Of a DNA stretch of 64,000 bases, positions 27,535 to 37,494 are shown one piece after another; within the stretch, counting starts at the first letter, position 1; each line of letters starts with the position of its first letter. Origin of the DNA: Bdellovibrionota bacterium (GTDB lineage: Bacteria; Bdellovibrionota_G; JALEGL01; DATDPG01); NCBI GenBank assembly GCA_035292885.1, contig DATDPG010000164.1, positions 1,386 through 65,385 on the forward strand, given 5' to 3'. The position numbers and the translations under genes were made by a program. Below the pieces are notes generated by a model. That model worked only from the letters and a program-made list of their open reading frames with translations, made no database searches and was not told the DNA's origin.

Positions 27535-29058
27535 TTAGGACTGGCGCACGAGACAAATGGGCGCAGCCTCACGGCTGAGTTCCCGGAAGCCGGGAATTCG
27601 AAATTCGCCGTCCGGAAGTTTCTTGTCGGGATTAAGGATGCCCCTGGGATCAAATGCCGCCTTGATTTCACGAAAGAGCGGCAGAAGGTCGCCCCATTGC
27701 CGGGCCATATAGTTCTTTCGAAGCAATCCGTCGCCATGTTCGCCGCTGATCGATCCCTCGAGGCGAAAAATAAGGTCGTAAACATCGTTCATCAGGGACT
27801 CGATCCGCGCCGGCAACCGGGGCTTACCTACATCGACGTTCGGATTCACGTGAATGTTCCCGTCCCCCGCATGGCCGAAAATCGCGCCGTCACAATCGTG
27901 CCGGCGGAGAATCTCGCGCAATTCGGTAACGTACGTTCCCAGGCGATCGGTCGGGACAACGCCGTCTTCGACGCAACGAAGGGGTCGCCGCGCGCCGGGT
28001 TGGGCGTGCAAAATCTTGGACGCGTCGGAACGCAGCGCCCACAAATGCTTCTGAACGTCTGAATTCTCGAGCAAGGCCGCGGCTTCCTTTCGAAGGACCG
28101 ACGGAATCTCCCCCTCCCATTCCACCCAAAGCGACGCTTGTGCAGTCGTAAGACCCAATGAATCGATAAAACCCGCGTCACCGGTTTGCATGGCTTTCAG
28201 GATGTATCGGTCGACCAACTCGATCGCCGCAGGCCGGGAACTGCGCAGCGGTTCCGCGGCCGCAACGGCGACAGAAAGGGAGTCAAACGAGAAGACCGCC
28301 GTGTTGCACTTTTCCGGAAGCGGCACGGTCGCGAGTTCGATTTCCGTCGTGAGCGCGAGCGTTCCTTCCGAGCCGACCAAGAGAGGGGTCAGATCGGTCA
28401 TCGGCGGTATTAGAGTGCTCACGTGATAACCGCTGGCGTTCTTTCTCGTCTTTGGAATCCGGCTTTCGATCCGGTTCCGGGCCGCTACGATGGATCGGAT
28501 GATCGAAGGAAAAAACGAACCGACCTCCGTACTCTCGGCGATCCGGCCGTCGGCCAGAACCAAACGCAACCGGCGGACGTGATTCCGTGTCGCCCCAAAT
28601 TTGTACGCGTGCGGGCCGGAGGCGTTGTTCGCGACCATTCCGCCCAACGTACAGTACGCCCGGCTGGAAGGATCCGGCGCAAAACGCCGGCCGGCGCCGG
28701 CTAGTTCCCGATTGAGATCCTCCAGGACGACGCCCGGTTGAACAACGGCGGAATTTTCGGAGATCGAAAGAATTCGGTTGAAGTGTCTTGAAAAATCGAC
28801 AACGAGGCCGGGGCCGATCGCTTGGCCGGCCGTGCTGGATCCTCCTCCTCGCGCGGTCAGCGGAACACCATGGCGGGAAGCGATTTGAAGCAGCGCGCGA
28901 ACATCTTCTTCGTCGGCGGGGAGGACCACCGCCAGAGGGAAAATGCTGAAAATCGATTCGTCGGTCGAATACGCGGCGCGGCGTTCTTCCTGCTCCCACA
29001 CCTCTCCGCGCAACTCCAGTCGGAGGTCACGGATCAGCGTCGCATCGGCATCCCACAT
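27535..29058 (-). CDS. FAD-linked oxidase (GlcD / D-lactate dehydrogenase family)
   Basis: PCMH-type FAD-binding domain (RGGGSSTAGQAIG) plus FAD-oxidase C-terminal domain. Confidence 0.85.
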   Translation of the reverse strand: MWDADATLIRDLRLELRGEVWEQEERRAAYSTDESIFSIFPLAVVLPADEEDVRALLQIASRHGVPLTARGGGSSTAGQAIGPGLVVDFSRHFNRILSISENSAVVQPGVVLEDLNRELAGAGRRFAPDPSSRAYCTLGGMVANNASGPHAYKFGATRNHVRRLRLVLADGRIAESTEVGSFFPSIIRSIVAARNRIESRIPKTRKNASGYHVSTLIPPMTDLTPLLVGSEGTLALTTEIELATVPLPEKCNTAVFSFDSLSVAVAAAEPLRSSRPAAIELVDRYILKAMQTGDAGFIDSLGLTTAQASLWVEWEGEIPSVLRKEAAALLENSDVQKHLWALRSDASKILHAQPGARRPLRCVEDGVVPTDRLGTYVTELREILRRHDCDGAIFGHAGDGNIHVNPNVDVGKPRLPARIESLMNDVYDLIFRLEGSISGEHGDGLLRKNYMARQWGDLLPLFREIKAAFDPRGILNPDKKLPDGEFRIPGFRELSREAAPICLVRQS

Positions 29059-29070
29059 CCCAATCGTGCT

Positions 29071-29433
29071 TTAGCGCAAGGGCGTCGGATCGGTAAAGAC
29101 GAGATAATCCCGGATCCGGCCTTCCTGCATCGAGAAATGGTTCAAAAAAGGAACCTGGACCGAACGCCCCTTGGCCAGCGTGTACTCGACGGTACCTTCG
29201 ATGAACCAGGTGTTTCCTTGATCCGCGGACCACACCTCTTCGATCGTGTGTCGAATCGTCTGAAGGGATGCGAAATATCCGGCGACGAATTTTTCAATGG
29301 CGCTTTTGCCTTGAATCATCGCTTGGCTCCCGTACCGGAACCGGGCATCCTCCGTAAGAAACGACGCAAAGGCACGGGCGTCCTTCCGGTCGATGGAATC
29401 AAATAACTCGCGAACCCAGGAAGGAACTTCCAC
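29071..29433 (-). CDS. SnoaL-like / NTF2-fold protein
   Basis: 120 aa with NTF2-like pattern. Confidence 0.6.
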   Translation of the reverse strand: MEVPSWVRELFDSIDRKDARAFASFLTEDARFRYGSQAMIQGKSAIEKFVAGYFASLQTIRHTIEEVWSADQGNTWFIEGTVEYTLAKGRSVQVPFLNHFSMQEGRIRDYLVFTDPTPLR

Positions 29434-29442
29434 GCAGATCCT

Positions 29443-29952
29443 CTATTGAATAATAACCGGTGTGCGTTCTTCGGGCCGCCGAAGGAAATGCTCTTTCTTG
29501 ATTTTCTCCTGCAGAAGGAGAAGGCCCTCGGTCAGGGCTTCCGGTCGCGGAGGGCAGCCGGGAACGTAAACGTCCACGGGAATGATCTTATCGACCCCTT
29601 TCATCACCGAATACGCGAGCGAAAAGAGGCCGCCGCATGTGGCGCAGCTTCCCATCGACAAAACGTACTTCGGCTCCGGCATCTGTTCGTACAAAAGCTT
29701 TAGACGCACGCCCATTTTGTACGTCAGTGTGCCGGCCACGATCATGAGGTCCGATTGGCGTGGCGTGGCCCGAGGAACGGATCCAAACCGGTCGATATCG
29801 GCCCGCGGGCCGCCGGTTTGCATCAGTTCAATGGCGCAACAGGCGAGGCCGAAAAGCAGATACCACTGCGAGCTGGCGCGGGACCAGTTGATCACTTCGT
29901 CCACACGCGTGGTAAAAAAATTACCGTCGATTTCTTGATGCAAGCTTTTCAT
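29443..29952 (-). CDS. NuoB-like (complex I 20-kDa / hydrogenase small-subunit-like) Fe-S protein, solo copy
   Basis: [18 protein letters not shown] cysteine motifs. No other nuo genes adjacent. Confidence 0.8.
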   Translation of the reverse strand: MKSLHQEIDGNFFTTRVDEVINWSRASSQWYLLFGLACCAIELMQTGGPRADIDRFGSVPRATPRQSDLMIVAGTLTYKMGVRLKLLYEQMPEPKYVLSMGSCATCGGLFSLAYSVMKGVDKIIPVDVYVPGCPPRPEALTEGLLLLQEKIKKEHFLRRPEERTPVIIQ

Positions 29953-30007
29953 CGGGGCGCCGTTTTCTCCTATAACTATAATACGAAATCACGCAAGTCC
30001 GGGCCCG

Positions 30008-31096
30008 TCAACGGACCAAGACCAACGACCTGGTTTTACTCCCTTTTCTGCGCTCTCCGTCCTCGCCGACCAACGGAACGCGCGGGCGATCGTCGCGATG
30101 AATCATCCGAAGAAAATTCTCCTCCAACTCATTTTCGAGATCATGAATTTGCCACGGTTCCAAACCCGGGACGTCGATTTTGCCTCCCGCGATCAGGCCG
30201 TGACCGCCGCCGCTCCCTTTTCCGCGCACCAGTCGCTTCATCAATGAGCCGGCATTCTTCCGGATATTCGTCGTCCGCATGGAAAGAACGACCGCGTCTT
30301 TGTACTGGCCGACGCAGAAGGCCCAAACCATTCCCTGCATTCGAAGCATCAGATCGGCGACCTCGGGAATGATATCGGGTGTGTCGACTTCGCCCAGACG
30401 GGTGACCAGGGCGTTTCCAACGATCTGGGCGTTTTCAATGGCGTCTTGAATCCAGGAATAATAGCTCTGCGGAACGCGTGAATTAACAATCTTTCCCAGA
30501 AGTTTCTTGTTCGCGAGGGGAAAAAGCTTCATGTAACACTCGGTGTCGATCTGGTACGCCTCCCTTCCCAAGTCCTGCGTTTCGGACTTAATTCCGTAGA
30601 GAAGCGCTGTCGCGAGATTCCGGTCGATCTGAATTCCCAGCTTGAAAAGGTATTCCGCCAGAATCGACGCCGTCGCGCCGTACCCTTCACGAACATCGGC
30701 GAAGGGCACCTTTCGGGTCGGCGCGATCATCGGATGGTGATCGATGACCAGGTCCGGGATCCTTCGGGGAGGGAGAGAATTGTTTCCGGTCCCCGGCTGA
30801 GTGTCGACGAGAGCGATATGGTTGTAATCCTCGATACGGACCCGGTCGATGGGGCGGAGATTCATCCGGAGGTATTTCACCATATGGGCGTTTTCCGTCC
30901 GGCCGATAATTCCACCGTACGCCACCGTGGTGCTCGCCTGTCCGATAAAAGACGCGATCTCCCTCAACGCCGCGGCGCTGGAAATCGAATCTGGATCGGG
31001 GTGGTCGTGGGTAAGAATCAAAAACGATTCACCCTGGCGGAATTGATCAAAAAATCGCTGTAAGACCGATTCCTGGGATTTTGTCTCGTCCGGCAT
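30008..31096 (-). CDS. nrnA: DHH/DHHA1 phosphoesterase, NrnA-like nanoRNase/pAp phosphatase
   Basis: DHPDPD, DHH, GGGH motifs. Confidence 0.8.
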   Translation of the reverse strand: MPDETKSQESVLQRFFDQFRQGESFLILTHDHPDPDSISSAAALREIASFIGQASTTVAYGGIIGRTENAHMVKYLRMNLRPIDRVRIEDYNHIALVDTQPGTGNNSLPPRRIPDLVIDHHPMIAPTRKVPFADVREGYGATASILAEYLFKLGIQIDRNLATALLYGIKSETQDLGREAYQIDTECYMKLFPLANKKLLGKIVNSRVPQSYYSWIQDAIENAQIVGNALVTRLGEVDTPDIIPEVADLMLRMQGMVWAFCVGQYKDAVVLSMRTTNIRKNAGSLMKRLVRGKGSGGGHGLIAGGKIDVPGLEPWQIHDLENELEENFLRMIHRDDRPRVPLVGEDGERRKGSKTRSLVLVR

Positions 31097-31130
31097 TTAT
31101 TTAATAATACTAAATAGTTAGGGTGTAATA

Positions 31131-31712
31131 TTAAGAAAACCGTTCCTCTTTCCAAGAATCGGCGTCGTTGTGATACCCCCGAATTTCCCAATAGCCTAAC
31201 TTGTCCTTGGGTAGGAATTCAATCTCCACCACCCATTTGCAACTTTTCCAACCGTAGAGTTTTGGCACGATGAGTCGCATGGGTCCCCCGTGGTCCGGCT
31301 CTAAAGGTTTTCCGTTCCAATGCGTCGCCAGAAGTACGCCAACCCGTGCGCAAGCTTCTCGGGGGAGGGACGTGTCGTAACCTTGGTGATCGGCAAATCG
31401 AACGAACTTCGCATCTGGGTTCGGGCGGATAATTTTAGCGAATTCCGTAAAGGGCGTCCCTCTCCACCGGTTGTCAAAATTGGACCAGCGGGTGACACAG
31501 TGAAAATCGCTCATCGTCTCCGTTCTTGGCCAGGCCAGAAATTCCTCCCACGAGACATTCCGCGGGTTCTCCACAGGTCCATGCACTTTGAGGCGCCACT
31601 TCTTGGGATCGAATTCCAGCGGGGAACCTTCGTGGAGCACCGGCCACTTTTCCGAATACGTCTGACCCGGCGGCAGACGTTTTTTCAAATGATCTGGGAC
31701 TTTTTCAGGCAT
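31131..31712 (-). CDS. sulfite-oxidase-family molybdopterin-binding oxidoreductase domain protein
   Basis: HCVTRWS Mo-cofactor Cys motif. 193 aa with no dimerisation/heme domains. Confidence 0.75.
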   Translation of the reverse strand: MPEKVPDHLKKRLPPGQTYSEKWPVLHEGSPLEFDPKKWRLKVHGPVENPRNVSWEEFLAWPRTETMSDFHCVTRWSNFDNRWRGTPFTEFAKIIRPNPDAKFVRFADHQGYDTSLPREACARVGVLLATHWNGKPLEPDHGGPMRLIVPKLYGWKSCKWVVEIEFLPKDKLGYWEIRGYHNDADSWKEERFS

Positions 31713-31756
31713 GAAAGTTCGCTTAACTACGCGATATTGTATATGTTTTCACCACG

Positions 31757-33571
31757 TTGCAAGCCCTGATCCTCACACTCCTGATCTTGGCGAGCCTGGC
31801 GGGCTTCCTTCTACCACTGTTCAAGATCGTTCAACTGATGAAGAGGGCCAAAGGAACGCTGTTCCTTCAGCCGGTCGGTCCCCGTATCGGACGTTTTATC
31901 TCGGAGGTTCTCTTTCAGTCGAAGGTGATCCGAGAACGCCCCCTCCCCGGCTTTTTGCACGCCCTGGTCTATTGGGGATTCCTCGCGTTCGGGCTGGAAA
32001 CCGTGGATCACTTTGCCAGAGGATACGGGACAACCTTTCTTGGAACCGGGGCTTTCCATCAAGCGTTTTCTACGTTTGTAGCTTTTTTCGCGTTTCTGGT
32101 CCTGATCGGAATCCTGGGCCTTACGTACCGTCGCTTCGTTTTGCGACCCAAGACTCTTGGAAAATTTTCTCCCACCTCGTTGACGGTATCTGCGTTCATT
32201 TCGATCCTGATGGTCACGTACCTCGCGAAATATTTTGGATGGGTGGAGGAAGGTACCTGGGCGGGTCAGGTGAACTGGTGGCTTCATGCCCTCGTCATTC
32301 TCGCGTTTCTGGTCCTGATTCCGCAAAGCAAACACCTTCATCTCGTCTTATCTCCGGTTACAACGTTCCTAAAAGACCTGAAAATCGCTCGGATCCGGCC
32401 GCTCGATTTCGAAAAGGAGGAACTCGGCGCCGAAAAACTCTTGGATCTTCACCCGCACACGGTTCTCGGCGCGTATTCCTGCGTCGAATGCGGCCGATGC
32501 AAGGACCACTGCCCGGCCAACAGCACGGGAAAGGTTCTCGATCCGAAACAGTTCATTCTCGACCTCCGCAGGGGATACGAAACCGAGCCCGGCGGCCCGG
32601 CGGTGGGGGAGTTCGTGAATTCGGAAGCGATCTGGCAGTGCACGACATGCGGAGCCTGCACGACACAATGTCCGGTGGGGATTGAACATCTCATCCCGAT
32701 GATCGAACTGCGGCGCGGAAGCGTGATGTCGGCGGGAAAATTCCCGGCCCCGATGGCGAATCTTTTCAAGGGACTCGAAACCACCGGAAATCCTTGGTCC
32801 TACGATCCAGGAAGCGCGGAGCCATTTTTGAACAAAAACGAGGTTCCCACGTACGGCGGCCAGGAAGTTCTCTACTGGATGGGATGTATGGCGCGTTACG
32901 ACGCTCAATATCAAAAGACGTCGAAGGCGTTCATGGGACTCTTACGACAGAGTGGCGTTTCGTGGGGCGTATTGCGGAACGAGACCTGTACCGGCGATGC
33001 CGCCCGGCGCGCCGGGAACGAGTTTCTTTTTCAGCAACAAGCTCGGCAGAACATCGCTACGCTCAATGGAGCGAAGCCGAAGACGATCGTCTCCACGTGC
33101 CCCCACTGCATTTGGACAATCGAAGAATACAAGGACATGGGCCTGGATTCCTCGATTAGGGTCGTTCATCACACCGAGTTTTTGCGACCGTTTGTCGAGA
33201 ACGGAAAAATTAAGAGCCGAGACGAGACCAAAAAGCTGGTTTACCACGACCCCTGCTATTTGAGCCGTTACACCGATGCCGGCGGCGTATCCAATCCCCG
33301 CGCCGTTTTGGATCACGTGTCAAAAGACCGCGTGGAACCGACCCGGTCGGGCAGCCGCTCGTTTTGCTGCGGTGCCGGAGGCGCCATGCTCTTTACGGAG
33401 GAAAAGCAGGGGAAACGGGTCAACCACGAACGCGCGGATGAGCTGTTGGCGACCGGAGCCGAGGTCATTGCCACAGGCTGTCCGTTTTGCCGGCTGATGA
33501 TCACCGACGCAGTGCGCGATCGCGGAAAGGACAACGTCAAGGTGGCCGACATCGCGGAGATTCTGGGCTGA
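31757..33571 (+). CDS. membrane-anchored Fe-S oxidoreductase: NarI/HdrE-like di-heme b membrane domain fused to an HdrD/GlpC-like domain (2x[4Fe-4S] + CCG)
   Basis: 6 N-terminal TM helices with conserved His. CVECGRCKDHCP and CTTCGACTTQCP ferredoxin motifs. Two CCG Cys-rich domains (CPHC, CPFC). Confidence 0.75.
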   Translation: MQALILTLLILASLAGFLLPLFKIVQLMKRAKGTLFLQPVGPRIGRFISEVLFQSKVIRERPLPGFLHALVYWGFLAFGLETVDHFARGYGTTFLGTGAFHQAFSTFVAFFAFLVLIGILGLTYRRFVLRPKTLGKFSPTSLTVSAFISILMVTYLAKYFGWVEEGTWAGQVNWWLHALVILAFLVLIPQSKHLHLVLSPVTTFLKDLKIARIRPLDFEKEELGAEKLLDLHPHTVLGAYSCVECGRCKDHCPANSTGKVLDPKQFILDLRRGYETEPGGPAVGEFVNSEAIWQCTTCGACTTQCPVGIEHLIPMIELRRGSVMSAGKFPAPMANLFKGLETTGNPWSYDPGSAEPFLNKNEVPTYGGQEVLYWMGCMARYDAQYQKTSKAFMGLLRQSGVSWGVLRNETCTGDAARRAGNEFLFQQQARQNIATLNGAKPKTIVSTCPHCIWTIEEYKDMGLDSSIRVVHHTEFLRPFVENGKIKSRDETKKLVYHDPCYLSRYTDAGGVSNPRAVLDHVSKDRVEPTRSGSRSFCCGAGGAMLFTEEKQGKRVNHERADELLATGAEVIATGCPFCRLMITDAVRDRGKDNVKVADIAEILG

Positions 33572-33628
33572 CGAGCGCGGGAGGCACGATTTCCACCATT
33601 GAATCGGCATGGTAAAATAACCGGGTTC

Positions 33629-33663
33629 TTGCAGGCAGTCGGCAGCCCGCCTGCGAAATTTGG
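33629..33663 (+). terminator. rho-independent terminator-like hairpin
   Basis: ttgcaggc-agtcggcagccc-gcctgcgaa followed by aattt. Confidence 0.4.
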
Positions 33664-33699
33664 CAAAGCAGGGATTAACATCCATATTACCGCCGCATT

Positions 33700-34851
33700 A
33701 TGAAAGACGGACTCTCCAAAGAAGATCTCTTTAGCCCCGGCCTCGAAGGGATTCCGGCGTGCCATTCGAAAGTCTGCTTCATCGACGGAACGGCCGGTAT
33801 TTTGGAGTATCGCGACGTCCGAATCGAGGAATTGGCGGAACACTCGACGTTCGAAGAGACCAGTTATCTGTTGTTGAAAGGAAAGTTTCCGAAGGCAGAT
33901 GAAATGAATCAGTTCGACTGGGATCTTCGCCGGCACCGGCGGCTGAAATTCAAACTCGCCGATATCATCAAATGCCTGCCCGAAGACGGTCACCCGATGG
34001 GTGCGCTGCAGACGGCGATCGCTGCACTGGGCGTATTTCATCCGATGAAAAATGTCGCCGATCCCGAGGAGAATTATCATGCGATGCTTCGCCTGATCGC
34101 GAAAATCCCCACGATTATCGCCACGTATCATCGCGTGCGGAACAATCTCGAGCCGATGATCCCGAAAGACGAATTAAATCATGCGGCGAATTTTCTCTAC
34201 ATGCTCACCGGCCAAGAGCCGCGGGAACGCGACGCGAAGATGATGGATATCTGTCTAATTCTGCATGCCGAGCACGGCCTCAATGCCTCGACATTTTCGG
34301 GCCGCGTGACCGGATCCACGCTCGCCGATCCTTTCGCCGTCATCGCGGCGGCGATCGGCACACTTTCCGGCCCGTTGCACGGCGGCGCCAACGAAGAGGT
34401 GATCGACATGTTCCGTCAAATCGGTTCGGCCGACCGTGTCCGTCCCTACATCGAAGAGCGGATCGCTAAAAAAGAAAAGATCATGGGGCTCGGCCACCGT
34501 GTGTACAAGACCAAGGATCCCCGCGCGATAATTCTGCAAAAACTGGCGCGGCAGCTCTTTGCGGACAAGCAGGACGATCCCTTGATGGCGGTGGCGGAGG
34601 AGGTTGAGAAAGTCGCCCTCGAAAAATTGTCCGCGAAGGGGATCTATCCGAACGTCGATTTCTATTCCGGAATCGTCTACAACCAGCTCGCTATTCCCGG
34701 CGATCTCAACACCTGTTTGTTCGCCATGGCGCGGATTTCCGGATGGCTGGCTCACTGGCTGGAGCAGCTGGACGGCAATCGTCTCTACCGCCCCACGCAG
34801 ATCTACGAGGGGAGCCACCAAAAGCCGTACCCTCCGATCGATCAGCGTTAA
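33700..34851 (+). CDS. gltA: citrate synthase (short ~380-aa type)
   Basis: Citrate synthase catalytic His/Asp regions (GLGHRVYKTKDPRA, HAEHGLNAST). Confidence 0.9.
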   Translation: MKDGLSKEDLFSPGLEGIPACHSKVCFIDGTAGILEYRDVRIEELAEHSTFEETSYLLLKGKFPKADEMNQFDWDLRRHRRLKFKLADIIKCLPEDGHPMGALQTAIAALGVFHPMKNVADPEENYHAMLRLIAKIPTIIATYHRVRNNLEPMIPKDELNHAANFLYMLTGQEPRERDAKMMDICLILHAEHGLNASTFSGRVTGSTLADPFAVIAAAIGTLSGPLHGGANEEVIDMFRQIGSADRVRPYIEERIAKKEKIMGLGHRVYKTKDPRAIILQKLARQLFADKQDDPLMAVAEEVEKVALEKLSAKGIYPNVDFYSGIVYNQLAIPGDLNTCLFAMARISGWLAHWLEQLDGNRLYRPTQIYEGSHQKPYPPIDQR

Positions 34852-34875
34852 TCGGCAGGGCTCGCGCAACGGCAT

Positions 34876-34910
34876 ATTGACATGTATACGTATATGTATA
34901 CAATGTATAA
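34876..34910 (+). promoter_or_regulatory. hicAB promoter with palindromic operator
   Basis: ttgaca -35. Near-palindrome tgtatacgtatatgtataca. tataaat adjoins the ATG, giving a near-leaderless transcript. Confidence 0.35.
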
Positions 34911-35105
34911 ATGAAGGCCCGCGATCTCAAGAGGCTGCTGAGATTACGGGGATGGTGGGACACGGGTCGCGGGTCCAAGCACGAAAAATGGACCAACGGA
35001 ATTCATACGATCGCCGTGCCTCGGCATAAGGGAGTTGCGGAAGGAACCGCTCGGGCGATTCTGAAGGAAGCCGATGAGTATGGCCAAAAGGAGGAAGAGT
35101 CATGA
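34911..35105 (+). CDS. hicA: HicA toxin (mRNA interferase)
   Basis: GSKHEKW...IHTIAVPRH motif, 64 aa. Confidence 0.8.
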   Translation: MKARDLKRLLRLRGWWDTGRGSKHEKWTNGIHTIAVPRHKGVAEGTARAILKEADEYGQKEEES

Positions 35106-35530
35106 CGTTTGAAGGACGTATTTATCCCCCCGAGAAAGGGGAACGTTATTGGGAAGTAAAGATTCCGGACCTTGGGGTCTTCACGCAGGGGAAATCGGAA
35201 AAGGATGCCTACGCGATGGCGGTAGATGCCGTAGAAACAGTGGTGGATCAAAAAGGCTTTCGCGTCGAGATCCGGCCCTTTGGGGATGGTCGCTTCTTGC
35301 TTTTGGCCAAGCATCCCGCGCCTCTGATCGGAAGATGGCTGCAACGTCTTAGAACGGAAAAGGGATTAACCGTGCGACAAGCAGCCAGACGAATGGGCTC
35401 CGTTTCACCTGAAGCCTGGTCGCGATATGAATCTGGCCGGGCTTCGCCAACGATCGACAAACTCACTCAACTGCTTCGTGCCGTTGCACCGGAGGCTCAG
35501 TTCACTTGGAAGCGGTTGCGGTTAGCCTAA
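35102..35530 (+). CDS. hicB: HicB antitoxin with C-terminal XRE-type HTH
   Basis: HicB N-terminal fold plus LRTEKGLTVRQAARRMGVS HTH. 4-nt overlap with hicA. Confidence 0.8.
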   Translation: MTFEGRIYPPEKGERYWEVKIPDLGVFTQGKSEKDAYAMAVDAVETVVDQKGFRVEIRPFGDGRFLLLAKHPAPLIGRWLQRLRTEKGLTVRQAARRMGSVSPEAWSRYESGRASPTIDKLTQLLRAVAPEAQFTWKRLRLA

Positions 35531-35546
35531 AACACCCGATTTCGAG

Positions 35547-36002
35547 TTACAAGCGCGCCTGCCGATATCTCTCGCCAACATGATGATCGAATGCGGTCAA
35601 CTGTTCTGTTTTTTGAAAACCCCGCACCTGCGCACCACAATTATAGCAAACGAGAACATTGGGCAGCGTTAGGTAGAGGACAACATCGACCAGAGCCAGA
35701 GCGAAGAGAACGCCCATTCCAAGGATCCATTCCAATAAAAGTAAATAAAACGCGAACGCCAAGAAAACAATCAAAATGCCCAGCAACAGTTTCTTCGGAA
35801 CATCTTTCTGAATAAAAGCGTCAAGCGATCCGCACGACGGGCATTCCTCCCACTCCCCTTTTTGAGCAAGAGACTCGGCCATCCGGTACGTCACCGTGTG
35901 ACCCCTCTTGCATAAAAGCACACCTAAAAGAGGCGTGGTGTCGCTGATCTCGATCCAAGGAAGAACGGATTTGCACTCGCGGCAGTTGAATCGAATCCAC
36001 AT
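35547..36002 (-). CDS. zinc-ribbon plus two-TM membrane protein, hypothetical (last gene of the Nuo-like operon)
   Basis: CRECK...CKRGH and CPSCGS...CYNCG Cys pairs flanking hydrophobic helices. Confidence 0.35.
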   Translation of the reverse strand: MWIRFNCRECKSVLPWIEISDTTPLLGVLLCKRGHTVTYRMAESLAQKGEWEECPSCGSLDAFIQKDVPKKLLLGILIVFLAFAFYLLLLEWILGMGVLFALALVDVVLYLTLPNVLVCYNCGAQVRGFQKTEQLTAFDHHVGERYRQARL

Positions 36003-36003
36003 G

Positions 36004-36810
36004 TCAGGCCGGCAAAATCGTGATGGAGCTTACGTAGAGCGCCGTCCCCTCGCCCACTAATACCATCGCCAAAAGAGCGAAAAGGATTCCCGTCGTGGAT
36101 TGAGTCGATCGGATCTTCGTCGTTTCCCAAGCCATATAGGCGAGCAACAACGGCCCCAAAATCCCAAACAGGACGCGCATCGTGGAGACCGAGACGATGA
36201 AAATCGGATCGACGCGTACCTGCGGGAGAATCCACGTGGCGAGATCCGCGTTTCCTCGGTAGAGAATCACGGTCGCCGCCAGTAGAAGCGTTGTTCTTAC
36301 GATCAAGAGCAGCGCCAGCCAGGACGTGGTGCGGCGCAGTGGCCGGATCGAAAGCTGCGACGCGGAGAGATACCAGTGACCGACGTTCATCGCGACCACC
36401 GCCGCGCCCATAATAAGGCCGCCGAGGAACATTGATGTAGCGTCCCCCAGGGTGTGCCATCGAATCGGCGTATGTTGTCGCAACGGTCCAAAGATGAACA
36501 AAGCGCCCAAAACAACTGCAATCCCCAATAGAGCCCGTTCGATTCCCCGGGGAAGCGACACGACCGTCGCCGAATAGACGGCGAGTAAAAGTGAAAAAAG
36601 AATCAAAACGACAAAGGACATTCGATCCGCGCCGATCCATTGGGTGAGCAACGCCGAAGCGATTCCGAGAACCGCCGCGATTAATCCGTTCAGACGAAAG
36701 AACTTGGGTTCAACATCTTCGGGGCGGACAATGAGCATCGCACCGACGACACCGATCGCTACTTGAGCGCAAAGATGCGACGCCAACCCTCCCAGAGGAA
36801 GGATCTCCAT
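36004..36810 (-). CDS. polytopic membrane protein, hypothetical (not NuoH/L-like)
   Basis: About 8 predicted TM helices. 1-nt gap to neighbours. Confidence 0.4.
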   Translation of the reverse strand: MEILPLGGLASHLCAQVAIGVVGAMLIVRPEDVEPKFFRLNGLIAAVLGIASALLTQWIGADRMSFVVLILFSLLLAVYSATVVSLPRGIERALLGIAVVLGALFIFGPLRQHTPIRWHTLGDATSMFLGGLIMGAAVVAMNVGHWYLSASQLSIRPLRRTTSWLALLLIVRTTLLLAATVILYRGNADLATWILPQVRVDPIFIVSVSTMRVLFGILGPLLLAYMAWETTKIRSTQSTTGILFALLAMVLVGEGTALYVSSITILPA

Positions 36811-37115
36811 TACAACCTCCGCTCCGGAAGCCTCACGACGACATCCCCCAGGACGGCGGCCTGACAGGAGAGGCGCGCGGAGGGAGCCAGGTTCTGCCGG
36901 CGAAGGTGCGATGCTTCCACTTCGTGGACGGGCGATAGGTTCTCGGTCCCCTGTTCAACGATGACATAGCAGATGCCGCAAACGCACTTGCTGTCGCAAT
37001 CGTACGGAATTCCCACGAGGTGCTCTTTGGACACGTCTAGAAGCGTTCGGCCTCGGCGAACATCAATGCTCCGGTTGCCGGGAAGAAAGGTAATTTTAGC
37101 GGTGGTTACGGACAC
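36810..37115 (-). CDS. putative [2Fe-2S] ferredoxin-like protein
   Basis: GTG start 4 nt after the upstream stop. Cys cluster YDCDSKCVCGICYV plus a distal LSCQ. Confidence 0.45.
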   Translation of the reverse strand: MSVTTAKITFLPGNRSIDVRRGRTLLDVSKEHLVGIPYDCDSKCVCGICYVIVEQGTENLSPVHEVEASHLRRQNLAPSARLSCQAAVLGDVVVRLPERRL

Positions 37116-37119
37116 TAAA

Positions 37120-37494
37120 TCACTGGATCGGCGTCCGCCCCGCAAACCCTTGATCGTAACTGTGGAAAAACGAAATACTCTCTTCGTTGTACCGCCAGCA
37201 GAAGAATCCGTTGCCCGAATCGAAGTCGACGAGCCAGAGCCCCTTCGGCACAGCGCCCAATCGAGTGATGTGCGTAGCCCACCGGTCAATTTTTTTCTGA
37301 AGTTCCCGGCTCAACTGCTCGCGCTCGTCTTCGTCCAAATTGGGGGGTTCGAGGGCGTGAATCAGGGACGCCGTTTCCCGGACCGCCTGATTCGTCAGTT
37401 CCTGAACTTGCGGCAGCGCTGCCCGGGCTTCGTTCAGCGTAAACCGTTTCGGCCGGTTCAAATAAAGGACTTTGGCATTTTCAACATCATTCAT
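37120..37494 (-). CDS. conserved hypothetical protein (DUF2203-like, tentative)
   Basis: LWLVDFDSGNGFFCWRYNEESISFFH segment. 4-nt overlap with nuoI. Confidence 0.4.
   Translation of the reverse strand: MNDVENAKVLYLNRPKRFTLNEARAALPQVQELTNQAVRETASLIHALEPPNLDEDEREQLSRELQKKIDRWATHITRLGAVPKGLWLVDFDSGNGFFCWRYNEESISFFHSYDQGFAGRTPIQ

Noticed and set aside
31711-32685. 324-aa +strand ORF overlapping the HdrD-like gene in another frame
   Set aside because: No motifs, Pro/Arg/Gly-rich. The overlapped frame has clear TM plus Fe-S domains.
33313-34131. 272-aa minus-strand ORF
   Set aside because: Entirely antisense to the well-supported citrate synthase gene; no motifs and GC-driven open frame.
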